From: Candidatus Krumholzibacteriia bacterium
GTDB taxonomy: Bacteria > Krumholzibacteriota > Krumholzibacteriia > WVZY01
Length of the DNA stretch: 41,985 nt
Direction of reading: 5' to 3'
Assembly (NCBI GenBank): GCA_046754105.1
Contig: JBHHVD010000015.1
Coordinates: forward strand, 1-41,985
Part shown: positions 10,215 to 19,706 of the stretch, piece after piece
How positions within the stretch are numbered: the first letter of the stretch is position 1
Layout: every line of letters begins with the position of its first letter
Translations under genes and position numbers: made by a program
Notes under the pieces: generated by a model
Told to the model about the DNA's origin: nothing
What the model saw: the letters and a program-made list of their open reading frames with translations, nothing else
Databases searched by the model: none

Positions 10215-11276
10215 ATGTCTACGATCTGGATCGATCTTGACAACGCACCACACGTGCCCTTCTTTACACCCATCGTCCACAACCTGAAAAATGCGGGACA
10301 CGCCACACTGGTGACGGTTCGCGACTACGGGTATACGCGCGAGCTGATCGAGCGCCAGCCGATCGACTACGACCTCGTCGGCAAACACCCGGGCAGGAAC
10401 ACTCTGTTCAAGATCGTGGGTACGGTCGGCCGCGTCGCATCGCTGGTGCGCTGGGCGCAGGGAAGGCACATCGATGCGGCGGTCAGCCACGGCTCGCGCG
10501 CGCTGGTGCTGGCCTGCCAGGCGCTGGGGATTCCGTGCGTGACCATGTACGACTACGAATTCGTTTCCACTACCATCTTCAACCGGTTTTCCAATCGCAT
10601 CCTCCTGCCCGATCTTCTCCCCGACAATCTCTTGCGGACGCTCGGGCTCGACCCGAAGCGCGTCGTCAAGTATCCCGGCTTCAAGGAAGAGGTATACCTG
10701 GGCACGTTTTCGCCCGACAGCTCGATTCTCGAGCGACTGGGCGTGGCCGAAGAGGACACGGTGGTCGTCATCCGCCCCCCGGCCACACGGGCCCACTACC
10801 ACAACCCGCTGAGCGAGGAGATCATGCAGCAGGTGTTCCAGCGTATCGCCGTGGAGCCGCATACGACTGGTGTCGTCGTACCCCGGACGGCCGCGCAGGC
10901 GGAGGCGCTGGTGCAATCCCTATCGCCGTATTCGAACTTCACGGTGTTGACGGAGCCGGTCGACGGTCTCAACCTGATCTGGCACGCCGACCTGGTTGTG
11001 GGTGGTGGTGGGACGATGAACCGTGAGGCGGCGATGCTCGGCGTCCCCGTGTACAGTGTTTTCACCGGCCGCGTCGGCACGCTCGACCGGGCGCTCAGCG
11101 ACCAGGGCCGGCTGACGTTGATCCGCAGCGTGCCGGACGTCGCGCGGCTGAGCTTCCAGAAGCGGTCGCGGGCGGACGCCGCCCGGCGTGCCACCGACTG
11201 GCAGACGCGGAGCCGCGAGCTCGTGCACTTTATTGCCAGAGAGATAACCGGTGTGGCGGGATCAAACAGCGGTTGA
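10215..11276 (+). CDS. DUF354 family protein (GT-B fold, lipid-A-disaccharide synthase/epimerase-like)
   Basis: IWIDLDNAPHVPFF, YPGFKEEVYL and GGGGTMNREAAMLGVP motifs; ATG at 10215. Confidence 0.88.
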   Translation: MSTIWIDLDNAPHVPFFTPIVHNLKNAGHATLVTVRDYGYTRELIERQPIDYDLVGKHPGRNTLFKIVGTVGRVASLVRWAQGRHIDAAVSHGSRALVLACQALGIPCVTMYDYEFVSTTIFNRFSNRILLPDLLPDNLLRTLGLDPKRVVKYPGFKEEVYLGTFSPDSSILERLGVAEEDTVVVIRPPATRAHYHNPLSEEIMQQVFQRIAVEPHTTGVVVPRTAAQAEALVQSLSPYSNFTVLTEPVDGLNLIWHADLVVGGGGTMNREAAMLGVPVYSVFTGRVGTLDRALSDQGRLTLIRSVPDVARLSFQKRSRADAARRATDWQTRSRELVHFIAREITGVAGSNSG

Positions 11277-12077
11277 GCGCCGCGGGGACAGGATTACCGC
11301 GGCGAGTGCGAACACGGCCGTCGCCACGAGCGAGAGCAGTAGAAACAGCGTGCGCGGCGTGTCGTAGAGCCGCGGTGTCTGCAGCTGCTCGTAGCGTTCC
11401 TTCCCCAGCACGAAACGGAGGGCGCCGCGGAGCCGGGCGGGGAGCTTTCCCCAGCGGATATACGCGGGATTGTCGAACAGGTACGGGTAGGTCTGGTACC
11501 GCGAGTACACCGATGAGAACATTTCGAAATCGTCCTGGATCTCCGCCACAGTCGCGATGCCACCGTCGTCTTTGCGCCACACGAAAGAGCTGTCCGACGG
11601 GGCGATCACGTGCCACCGCCCGCTGCTGGCGTACTCGACCATAGTGTGTCCTCCGCCGCGTCCCTCTTCGTTGTCGAGCAGTTGTAGTTTCCTCGCCGGT
11701 ATGTCCAGCCGCCACAGTGCGTTGAGCAGCGTTCTCGTCATGGTCCCGCACGGGCCGTCGACGTAGTGCTCCTCGATCCCGAAGCCGCTGTATTTCAGGC
11801 TGACGCCCGAGGTGACGTTGAAGGGTGAAGTGCTCTCCACCGCGGAGTACCAATCCAGGTCATTTCGCTGCAGCTGGTATCGCGTTCTGCGATAGATCTC
11901 TTCGGAAAGCGCCAGCACGGCGTCATCAGTGGACCGGACATCGTGCGCCCCAAGGGTCGTCTCGATGAGGTCGTCGACAAACCGGTTGCGCTCGGCGACC
12001 TTCCGCGCGAAAAAAGCGGTCGCTACGATGGACATCGCCAGGCCGAAGAGCGTCGTATAGAAGATCACTCGTTTCAT
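11262..12077 (-). CDS. Membrane-anchored transglutaminase-like (papain-fold) protein
   Basis: N- and C-terminal TM helices; GPCGTMTRTLLNAL...IPAR (Cys), GHTMVEY (His) and WHVIAPSD. Confidence 0.7.
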   Translation of the reverse strand: MKRVIFYTTLFGLAMSIVATAFFARKVAERNRFVDDLIETTLGAHDVRSTDDAVLALSEEIYRRTRYQLQRNDLDWYSAVESTSPFNVTSGVSLKYSGFGIEEHYVDGPCGTMTRTLLNALWRLDIPARKLQLLDNEEGRGGGHTMVEYASSGRWHVIAPSDSSFVWRKDDGGIATVAEIQDDFEMFSSVYSRYQTYPYLFDNPAYIRWGKLPARLRGALRFVLGKERYEQLQTPRLYDTPRTLFLLLSLVATAVFALAAVILSPRRSTAV

Positions 12078-12102
12078 TTCGCATGCGGGCCTGTCCGCAG
12101 GG

Positions 12103-13188
12103 TCACAGGGCCTTCTTCAGTTTCATCACGTCCTTGAACATGATGAAGAGCGCCGTCCACGCGATATCGAAAATGCCGCCACTTTCATCGTCCCACTTAT
12201 CCGCGTATTCCCTGAATATGGGGTTGCCGGTAAGGTCGTACAGCGTGCGCAACTGCGTGACGTGGAGATGGTGATAGGTGGGGTTGGCGACATTGAAGTG
12301 GTTCCTCAGCCCGGGTTCAGGGGACAAGCTGTAGAGGCTGTAACCGTATTTGTCGTAGCGTGGCAGGAAGTCGATCGTGCCGCGTACGCCGCGTTCGAAA
12401 ATCTCCCTGGCCTCGGCGGAGCCGGTGTAGTCCGCGAACCGGTACAACCCTATCAGCGTGTTCAAATGGCCGTTCAGTATGTGGTGCAAGGGAGTCGTGA
12501 CGACTTCCTGAAAAAACAAGCCGTCGTTCTCGGTGACGAAAGCGAGCCCGCCGTCGCTGACCGGGCTTCCCAGGGGTACTACACTCGCCAGGGCCAACCG
12601 CGTGTAACGATCGTTGCCGGTCAGCCACGTCGCCCACAGCAACGCGTTGAGAGAATGTATCTGGAAATACGCCGAGCGCCACGGAGCGCGGGCGTTGTAC
12701 TGGTAGCCCAGGTCGAAGTCCGCACACCACACCGTGGTGGACTCGCCGGCCACGACGACGCTGCGGCCCGATGATTCCACGTAATGAAACTGTCTCAGGG
12801 CGAGCAGCAGCTCGGTCACGCTGCCGCTCTTCAGGTATTGACGGGCGCTGTACACACCAAAGGCGGCTACGTTGTACGGATTGCGCTGCACGCCGCTGAC
12901 ACCACGTTGTCCGGCGGCGTCGTAGTCCACAATACGCACACCCGAGGCATCGACACTTGTCGAGAGCGACCGCCAGTCGATAGTCTGGGTATCGGGCAGC
13001 GCCACGCCCGCGGGCGGCTCCCCGGCGGGGGGCATCCAAGCCGGGATGCGCTGGTTCAGGAACCGCTCGTTCTTGTCCTTCAGCGTTACCACGCGCGGGA
13101 TAACGGTGGCGATCCACAGCACCAGAATCGTTACGCCGCCGGCGAAGAGCCAGAATCCGGGCGATCGTTTTTTGGGGTCGAATTTCAT
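12103..13188 (-). CDS. D-glucuronyl C5-epimerase family protein, membrane anchored
   Basis: WRSAYFQ, FQEVVTTPLHHILNGHLNTLIGLY, YSLYSL and YHHLHVTQLRTLY match the C5-epimerase C-terminal domain. ATG 13188 is followed by a TM helix. Confidence 0.82.
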   Translation of the reverse strand: MKFDPKKRSPGFWLFAGGVTILVLWIATVIPRVVTLKDKNERFLNQRIPAWMPPAGEPPAGVALPDTQTIDWRSLSTSVDASGVRIVDYDAAGQRGVSGVQRNPYNVAAFGVYSARQYLKSGSVTELLLALRQFHYVESSGRSVVVAGESTTVWCADFDLGYQYNARAPWRSAYFQIHSLNALLWATWLTGNDRYTRLALASVVPLGSPVSDGGLAFVTENDGLFFQEVVTTPLHHILNGHLNTLIGLYRFADYTGSAEAREIFERGVRGTIDFLPRYDKYGYSLYSLSPEPGLRNHFNVANPTYHHLHVTQLRTLYDLTGNPIFREYADKWDDESGGIFDIAWTALFIMFKDVMKLKKAL

Positions 13189-13326
13189 CGCGTCGAAAGT
13201 GGAACGGCGCCGGGACGGGCGCGGCGGCCACACACGCCGGGAAGCGGCGTACGGATAAGTATGACGCAATCCGCTCCGTGACACAAGCCCGCTTGGAGAG
13301 ATCCGGCTTTGTGCGGGCGGATTTGG

Positions 13327-13335
13327 TGCTATAAT
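13327..13335 (+). promoter_or_regulatory. Extended -10 promoter (TGcTATAAT) upstream of pcm
   Basis: Perfect TATAAT at 13330-13335 with TG-n, about 55 nt before ATG 13391. Confidence 0.55.
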
Positions 13336-13390
13336 GCGCGCGACACGTGAAGTAACCCAGGTGGTACTTCCAGAACACGCCGGCGGAACA

Positions 13391-14125
13391 ATGAAAAGGT
13401 CGATCTGGATCCTTGCTGTGCTGACCTGCCTTCGGTACACGGCGTGGACCGGTATCGAAAACGAGCTCGCCATGGCCCAGGCCCCGGGCACGGACAGTTA
13501 CAAGACGGAACGTTTGCGGATGGTAGAGGCGCAGATCCGCAAGAGGGGGGTGCGGGACGAGAGGGTTCTCGCGGTCATGGAAAAGGTGCCGCGGCACCTT
13601 TTCGTCCGGGCGGGGGACGAGGCGTGGGCCTACCACGACAGTCCGCTCGCCATCGGCTACGACCAGACTATTTCCCAGCCCTACATCGTTGCGTACATGA
13701 CCCAGGCGCTAGAGCTGCAACCGACGGACGTCGTGCTCGAAATCGGCACCGGCTCCGGCTACCAGACGGCCGTGCTGGCCGAGCTGGCCGGGCGAGTGTT
13801 CACGATCGAAATCGTCGAGCCCCTGGGGCTGCAGGCGAAGGACCGGTTGGCGGCGCTCGGGTATGCCAACGTAGACGTGCGCATCGGTGACGGTTACAAG
13901 GGCTGGCCCGAGGCAGCGCCCTTCGACGCCATCATGGTAACCGCGGCGCCGGACACCGTGCCCCGAGCGCTCATCGATCAGCTGGCCGACGGCGGGCGCA
14001 TGGTTATCCCCGTCGGCACCGACCACCAGGAGCTCTACGTACTGGAAAAAAAGGACGGCAAGATCGTACAAATGAAGATCGCAAACGTCCGCTTCGTGCC
14101 CATGGTCAGCGACCCCGAGGAATGA
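13391..14125 (+). CDS. pcm: Protein-L-isoaspartate(D-aspartate) O-methyltransferase
   Basis: VPRHLFV, QTISQPYIVAYM, VLEIGTGSGYQTAVLA, GDGYKGWPEAAPFDAI and VRFVPM motifs. Confidence 0.95.
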   Translation: MKRSIWILAVLTCLRYTAWTGIENELAMAQAPGTDSYKTERLRMVEAQIRKRGVRDERVLAVMEKVPRHLFVRAGDEAWAYHDSPLAIGYDQTISQPYIVAYMTQALELQPTDVVLEIGTGSGYQTAVLAELAGRVFTIEIVEPLGLQAKDRLAALGYANVDVRIGDGYKGWPEAAPFDAIMVTAAPDTVPRALIDQLADGGRMVIPVGTDHQELYVLEKKDGKIVQMKIANVRFVPMVSDPEE

Positions 14126-14212
14126 GGCCGGCCCCGACCAACCAGAGATTCGGGGTCCTGCATCCGGACCTGGTGCCCGGCCCGTTGGCGAGGAGCTGGT
14201 GTTTATGGCGGA

Positions 14213-14599
14213 TCAAGTCTGCGCTGCCGGTGAATCGCCTGTCGGGTCGGTGCCGGCCGTCGCGGTTACCGTCGTGTGGATGCCGCCGCGCACGTAGAAA
14301 TCTCCCGTGACCTCCATGAACCGCGGCCGGCACGCGGCGGCGAGGTCGTCAAGAATCGAGTTGACGACCGCTTCGTGAAACGCCCCCTCGTCGCGAAAAG
14401 ACCACAGGTACGATTTGAGAGACTTCAGTTCCAGGCACAGTTCGCCGGGGACGTACCGGATACGGACGGTCGCAAAGTCCGGCTGCCCCGTTCGCGGGCA
14501 CAGGCAAGTGAACTCCGGACACTCCATCGTGATCGTGTACGGGCGGTCCTGCTGGGGGTTCGGAAAGACTTCCAGGTTCTTGCTCGGCACGGTTGTCAT
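14213..14599 (-). CDS. queF: NADPH-dependent 7-cyano-7-deazaguanine (preQ0) reductase, short type
   Basis: [32 protein letters not shown] and RGGI motifs. Confidence 0.95.
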   Translation of the reverse strand: MTTVPSKNLEVFPNPQQDRPYTITMECPEFTCLCPRTGQPDFATVRIRYVPGELCLELKSLKSYLWSFRDEGAFHEAVVNSILDDLAAACRPRFMEVTGDFYVRGGIHTTVTATAGTDPTGDSPAAQT

Positions 14600-14641
14600 A
14601 GGTGGCCTATGGTACCGGCTATTGCGCGCAAAAGCAAGCCG

Positions 14642-17161
14642 TCAACGTATAACGACGCGCCCGACCGGCGGCGCATCGTAGAGGTCGTCGTCGTAGAACA
14701 AATCGTGCAGGCGATAGTTCGGCTGGTTGGCAACGGCCAGAAGTTTCACCGCGACCGTATACTCGCCCGGCGCCACATCTTTCGGAATCCGGACCCGGCT
14801 CCGGTCCAGCACGAGTTGGCCCTCGGGCCACGCGTCGGGCCCGAGGAGTCCGCCGGCGATCTTGTGCGCGGCACGAAAACGATAGCGCTCGCCCCGCAGC
14901 GCCTCAGCCCCCTTTCTCACCAGCTTCGGAAACGGCCGCCCGGCCAGCGGCAGGCGCGGGTCCGCGTGGTCGAAACGAATCGACACCACGTAGTTCGCCA
15001 GTGGGTGTCGCCGGGCGCTCGACCACACGAGCGCCAGCTCCATCACGCCGCCGCGTTCCACGTCGGTGCCCGCGATCGACACGCCTTCGAGGAACGCGGT
15101 CCCCGCGTGGCGGCCGACCCGCTCGAAAGCGCCGGGAATCGAATCGACGTAGTAGCGGTTGAGCGGGGGCGCATCGCCGGGATCGGCCGCCGCCGGGCGC
15201 AGCACCACGAAGCCGTCCCTGTCGAACAACGTCTCGAAGAGATCCGGCTGCCCGACGAACTTGTTTCGAGCCTCCGCGTATACCGCCGGGTCCACGGACC
15301 AGTAGTGCACGCCCGTGGGCTCGCGGAAGCGCTGGTTCAGCACGACGTGCGTGACCCCGTGCGTGCGGATGAGCTCGGCTGTTCGCCGCGCGGAGACAAA
15401 TGGACTCATGATGTCGCGCGCGGCGCCAATCCGTTCCTCGACCCTGAGGTCGTTGGGCGGTGCATGCTGGTCCAGTGTGCAAACCACGTGGTGTTGTGTA
15501 AAAGCCGGGATCGAGTACGAAGTTACCGGGTCGCTCGCGATAACGGCGCGCCCGGGGAGCGCCGAGAGAAACTGGAGACCGTCCTCCCACATACGGTAAC
15601 TGTGCGCCTGCTCCCTCTCGACCCGCGAGTGGTCCAGAGCGGCGGAGGCCAGGGGTTTCAATTGGACGGCAACTGCGATCAGGATCAACCCGGTCAAAAC
15701 GTGGCTCCATCCGCCGCGGCGCGCGCCCGGCCGCCGGCGCGCGAACCAGCGAACCAGAAAAAACGCCGGCAAGACGTAGAACGGACAAACGACGTTGAGG
15801 CGGAATACGAGATACGTCATGACCTTGTGGAGCACGGGAAGCAGGAGCGGATTGAACAGCACCAGTGGGATGGTCAGCAGCGATGCCATGGCATAGCCAA
15901 GACCCGCGTGGTTTTGCCGTTCACGCCACAGAGGCAACAGCGCCAGGAACGATACGACTCCCAGCGGCCCCAACCACGTGAGAAGCCGGATGGGGTCTGC
16001 GACGTAGAGCGTGGGGGTAACGAACAACACCCCCTGAATCTGCCTGTGCAGTTCGTTGGCCTCCGGCGACGCGGTGACATAACGGTACGCCGTGAACGGT
16101 GCCATGGCCAACACCACGGACAAGCCCAGCGTCATCACGCGTTTCATGTGTTCACCGGCCGAGTGCCACGGGAAGTAGATTTTCCACAGTTTCACGATCA
16201 AACCGGCGAAGACCACCGCGACGGCATAAAAGACGTGGGTCGCACTGGCCGCAAACGCGAGGACGGCCGCGGCCGCGGCATCGCGTTTATCCCGGTTGCG
16301 GATAAAAGCGAGGCCATAAATCAGGAAAAAGAAGAAAAACGCGATCCCGAAACGGTTCGGGTAAAAGGAAGTCCGGATTGCCGAACCGGTGATGCCCCCC
16401 GGGCCGATAAGAAAGAAGATCGTCGATAATACCGCGACACGGCGATCGTCGAAAAACCCCGTTGCCATCGAGTAAACGGCCAGCGCCAGCATCACAGTGA
16501 GGAGAGCCGCCATAATGTCGAAAAACCGCAGCGGCTCTATACCAAGCAGGCCGCTGGTGAACGCGTAGAATACGTGCAACAGGCCCTTTCGGATATCGCG
16601 CCCGTTGTCGTCGTTTTCGGCGTAGAACTCGGTTCTCGGAAACGCTTCTCCGCTGTCGCGGATTTCCGCGACGTAGCCGACATGGTCGAGCGTATCCTTG
16701 GTGTGGCCCAGCGGCGCACCGGCGCGAAGCACCAGGACGAAAGTGACGATCAATACGCCCGTGAGAACCACCGCCCATCCGGCGCCGCCGGCGAGAGGCC
16801 GTGGTTTGCCGCCCGCCGGGCGCCACCACTCGAGTCCGGCCACCGCGACGACCGCGACGGGAAGGATTTTTCCGAACGTGGCGAGTGGGATCCCCGCGGC
16901 AGCGGCAATGAAGGCAAGTGCCAGGAAATAGGCCAGGCCCAGCAGGAATGAACCGGCAACGACCTCGAGCGGATCGCGTGCTCGCCACCGAAGCGTGCGC
17001 AGAAGGATATACCCGGGGAGCCCGAGCGTCTGCAAGAGCAGCAGCGGCAGGCCGACGACCTCCGCACCCGCCCGCCGCCACGGCAGCGCGTAACAGGCAA
17101 CGGTCAGCAGGATGAGGGCGATGACCCGCGCGGCCCGGTATGTCTCTTGACGGCTGGACAT
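14642..17161 (-). CDS. Large polytopic membrane protein, probable GT-C type glycosyltransferase/polysaccharide modifier with a periplasmic C-terminal domain
   Basis: About 839 aa from ATG 17161; more than 12 hydrophobic segments; DTLDH loop after the first TM block; C-terminal VIASDP..SYSIPAF and GVTHVV followed by an Ig-like PGEYTV tail. Confidence 0.65.
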   Translation of the reverse strand: MSSRQETYRAARVIALILLTVACYALPWRRAGAEVVGLPLLLLQTLGLPGYILLRTLRWRARDPLEVVAGSFLLGLAYFLALAFIAAAAGIPLATFGKILPVAVVAVAGLEWWRPAGGKPRPLAGGAGWAVVLTGVLIVTFVLVLRAGAPLGHTKDTLDHVGYVAEIRDSGEAFPRTEFYAENDDNGRDIRKGLLHVFYAFTSGLLGIEPLRFFDIMAALLTVMLALAVYSMATGFFDDRRVAVLSTIFFLIGPGGITGSAIRTSFYPNRFGIAFFFFFLIYGLAFIRNRDKRDAAAAAVLAFAASATHVFYAVAVVFAGLIVKLWKIYFPWHSAGEHMKRVMTLGLSVVLAMAPFTAYRYVTASPEANELHRQIQGVLFVTPTLYVADPIRLLTWLGPLGVVSFLALLPLWRERQNHAGLGYAMASLLTIPLVLFNPLLLPVLHKVMTYLVFRLNVVCPFYVLPAFFLVRWFARRRPGARRGGWSHVLTGLILIAVAVQLKPLASAALDHSRVEREQAHSYRMWEDGLQFLSALPGRAVIASDPVTSYSIPAFTQHHVVCTLDQHAPPNDLRVEERIGAARDIMSPFVSARRTAELIRTHGVTHVVLNQRFREPTGVHYWSVDPAVYAEARNKFVGQPDLFETLFDRDGFVVLRPAAADPGDAPPLNRYYVDSIPGAFERVGRHAGTAFLEGVSIAGTDVERGGVMELALVWSSARRHPLANYVVSIRFDHADPRLPLAGRPFPKLVRKGAEALRGERYRFRAAHKIAGGLLGPDAWPEGQLVLDRSRVRIPKDVAPGEYTVAVKLLAVANQPNYRLHDLFYDDDLYDAPPVGRVVIR

Positions 17162-17219
17162 GCGGTGCGTTCCTCGCCGGCCGACCTGCGAAGACGGCCG
17201 GCCGGGAAGCATAACTTTA

Positions 17220-17244
17220 ATAAAGGCAAGTGTTTTGCCTTTAT
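17220..17244. promoter_or_regulatory. Perfect 10-bp inverted repeat between divergent glycan genes (candidate operator)
   Basis: ATAAAGGCAA-gtgtt-TTGCCTTTAT in an AT-rich divergent intergenic region. Confidence 0.45.
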
Positions 17245-17363
17245 ACCATACATCCAATTGTGGTAACATCAAAATCGCTACGCCGGACCTCATCCGCACG
17301 GGGGTGGGCACCACGCTACCGGCGGCTCGGGCCGCTCGTCGCGGCCGGCGGGCTTGAAAAATC

Positions 17364-18470
17364 ATGAAGATCTGTATCGTCTCGCTGGGTATCGTCCCCT
17401 ACTATCGTCGCGACAACTCCGCGCCGTACGGCGGCGCGGAGACCCAGGCCGCGTTCGTGGCCGACGCCGTCGCCGCCGCCGGGAACGAGGTGTCGTTGGT
17501 GGTGGCGAATCTCGAACCGGGCCGGGACCTGCCGCATCCGGCCGAGAACGCGTTCCACTCCGAGCGGGGGATTCCAGTGTTGCGTTTCGTCCACCCCAGG
17601 TGGACCGGTATCGTCAACGCCCTCGAGCGGGCGGACGCCGATCTCTACTACCAGAGAAACGCGGGCATGGTCACCGGTGTGACCGGACTGTTCTGCCGCC
17701 GCCGCGGCAAGGCGTTCGTCTACGGAACGGGGAGTGACACTGATCTCACGTTCTCCACGGCACGGGTGGACGGCATACGCGACCGCTCGCTTTTTTATCT
17801 GGGGTTGAAGATGACCAGCGGCATCGTGGCGCAAAACCAGCGGCAGGAGCAACTGTGCCGGCAACACCTCGGTAAACCGGTGAAAGTCATTCCGAACGGA
17901 GTCCACGTGAGAGGTGCCGGCGCCGCCGGCGCGCGCGACCGCCTGGCGTGGATCGGCGCGATTCGGCGCGCCAAGAGACCCGAGTTGTTCATCGATCTCG
18001 CCCGGCGGATGCCGTCGAGACAGTTTGTTCTCATCGGCGGCAAGTCCGCGACCGAGCCGGGTTTCGCCGGCCGCATCGCGGAAAGCGCCGCGTCGGTACC
18101 GAATCTGCGGTGGGTGGGGCACGTCGCGCCGGACGAGGTCCACAAGTGGCTGGAGCGCTCCGTGCTGCTCGTAAACACCTCGAGGGTGGAAGGTTTTCCC
18201 AACGCCTACCTGGAAGCCTGGAGCCACGGCGTGCCGGTCGTCGCGCTGGCCGATGTCGACGACATCATCACGGGCGAAGACGTAGGGGTGGTGTGCGGGT
18301 CGATTGCGGAAATCGAGGCGGCGATCGGGTCGATTACCGCCAGCGCGAGTGATCTCGCCGCGATGGGCGCGCGCGCTCGCGCGCTCGTAGACAAGCGGTT
18401 CTCGGCCGAAGTCCTCGGCCGGGCGTACGCCGCGTTCTTCGAACGAATCGTATCCGGCGAGGACCCCTAG
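17364..18470 (+). CDS. Glycosyltransferase family 4
   Basis: MKICIVS, YGGAE, VIPNGV, KRPELF and EGFPNAYLEAWSHGVPVV motifs. Confidence 0.92.
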   Translation: MKICIVSLGIVPYYRRDNSAPYGGAETQAAFVADAVAAAGNEVSLVVANLEPGRDLPHPAENAFHSERGIPVLRFVHPRWTGIVNALERADADLYYQRNAGMVTGVTGLFCRRRGKAFVYGTGSDTDLTFSTARVDGIRDRSLFYLGLKMTSGIVAQNQRQEQLCRQHLGKPVKVIPNGVHVRGAGAAGARDRLAWIGAIRRAKRPELFIDLARRMPSRQFVLIGGKSATEPGFAGRIAESAASVPNLRWVGHVAPDEVHKWLERSVLLVNTSRVEGFPNAYLEAWSHGVPVVALADVDDIITGEDVGVVCGSIAEIEAAIGSITASASDLAAMGARARALVDKRFSAEVLGRAYAAFFERIVSGEDP

Positions 18471-18485
18471 GCGCATGGTACGCGT

Positions 18486-19673
18486 ATGCCGATGACATAT
18501 TCCGAAACCCGCTGCGGCCGGGTTCACAATATTCTCATTCTCGAGAACGAGCTCGTGATGGGCGGGCTGGAAAAGAAGTTGTACGATTTCGTGTCGCGCG
18601 TCGACACGACGCACTATCGAATATCGGTTTGCTGCCTCAAACTCGGGGGCTACTTCAAAGAAGCGTTCGTCGATCTGGGCACCCCTTTCTACGACGGGAT
18701 ACAGAAGAGCAGGTTCGACGCCCTCGCCCTCGCCCGCCTGATGCGGATTATCGACCGTGAGCGGATCGACCTCATCTATACGGTGCCGCACCCGAATACA
18801 CTCATTTTCTCTCCGCTCGCGAAACTCGCCGGCGGGGTGAAACGAATCGTTGTGTCCATCCACGGGACCGGCGGCGAAGACGGCGGCCGCATGTTCAAAC
18901 CCTATCAGAAACCGTTTCTGGCCGGCGTCGATCGGTTTATAGCGGTAGCGGATCGGCACCGGCAATACCTGAGGGATACGGAAAACCTCGACGCATCGAA
19001 AATCGACGTCATTCACAACGGCGTGGACCTCGAGACGTTCAGGCCCGGTGAAGGCGACGGCGCGCTGCGGGACGAGTTGGGGATCGACGGCGCAGCGAGG
19101 GTCGTGACCACCGTTGCCACGCTGAAACCGCTCAAGCGTATCGACCTCTTGCTGGATGCGGCGAAGGGAATCATGGCGGCGAACGGCGGCGTTCAGTTCG
19201 TGATCGTCGGCGACGGGGCCGAGCGCGGCCGTCTGCAAGAACGGGCGGCGCGTCTCGGTATCGGCGAGCGGGTGATCTTCGCCGGCTTCCGCGAGGATGT
19301 CGACAAGATACTCCGCCTGTCCGATCTCTTCGTGCTGCCGTCGCGGACCGAGGCGTTTCCGAACGTCGTACTGGAAGCAATGGCGTCGGGATTGCCGGTT
19401 GTCGCCACCGATGTGGGCAGTGTCGTCGAAATGGTAGAGGACGGACACAGCGGCATCCTGGTGCCGCCGGGTGATGTCGACGCACTGCGTACCGCGATCG
19501 GCTCGCTCCTCGCCGACCCCGGGCGGCTGCGCGCCTGCGGCGCACGGGGACGCCGAATCGTGGAGCAGGAATACGCACTGGAACGAATGTGCAGCAAGCG
19601 CGAGGCGCTGTTCTCGAAACTGCTGTGCGGAGTCGAACCGGGCCGGGACGCGAGCGATCGAGGGCGGAGGTAA
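18486..19673 (+). CDS. Glycosyltransferase family 4
   Basis: GGLE, VIHNGVD, LKRIDLL and EAFPNVVLEAMASGLPVVATDVG motifs. Confidence 0.93.
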   Translation: MPMTYSETRCGRVHNILILENELVMGGLEKKLYDFVSRVDTTHYRISVCCLKLGGYFKEAFVDLGTPFYDGIQKSRFDALALARLMRIIDRERIDLIYTVPHPNTLIFSPLAKLAGGVKRIVVSIHGTGGEDGGRMFKPYQKPFLAGVDRFIAVADRHRQYLRDTENLDASKIDVIHNGVDLETFRPGEGDGALRDELGIDGAARVVTTVATLKPLKRIDLLLDAAKGIMAANGGVQFVIVGDGAERGRLQERAARLGIGERVIFAGFREDVDKILRLSDLFVLPSRTEAFPNVVLEAMASGLPVVATDVGSVVEMVEDGHSGILVPPGDVDALRTAIGSLLADPGRLRACGARGRRIVEQEYALERMCSKREALFSKLLCGVEPGRDASDRGRR

Positions 19674-19706
19674 ACGAGCAGCGCCGGAAAGGCGGGAGGC
19701 GCAGGA

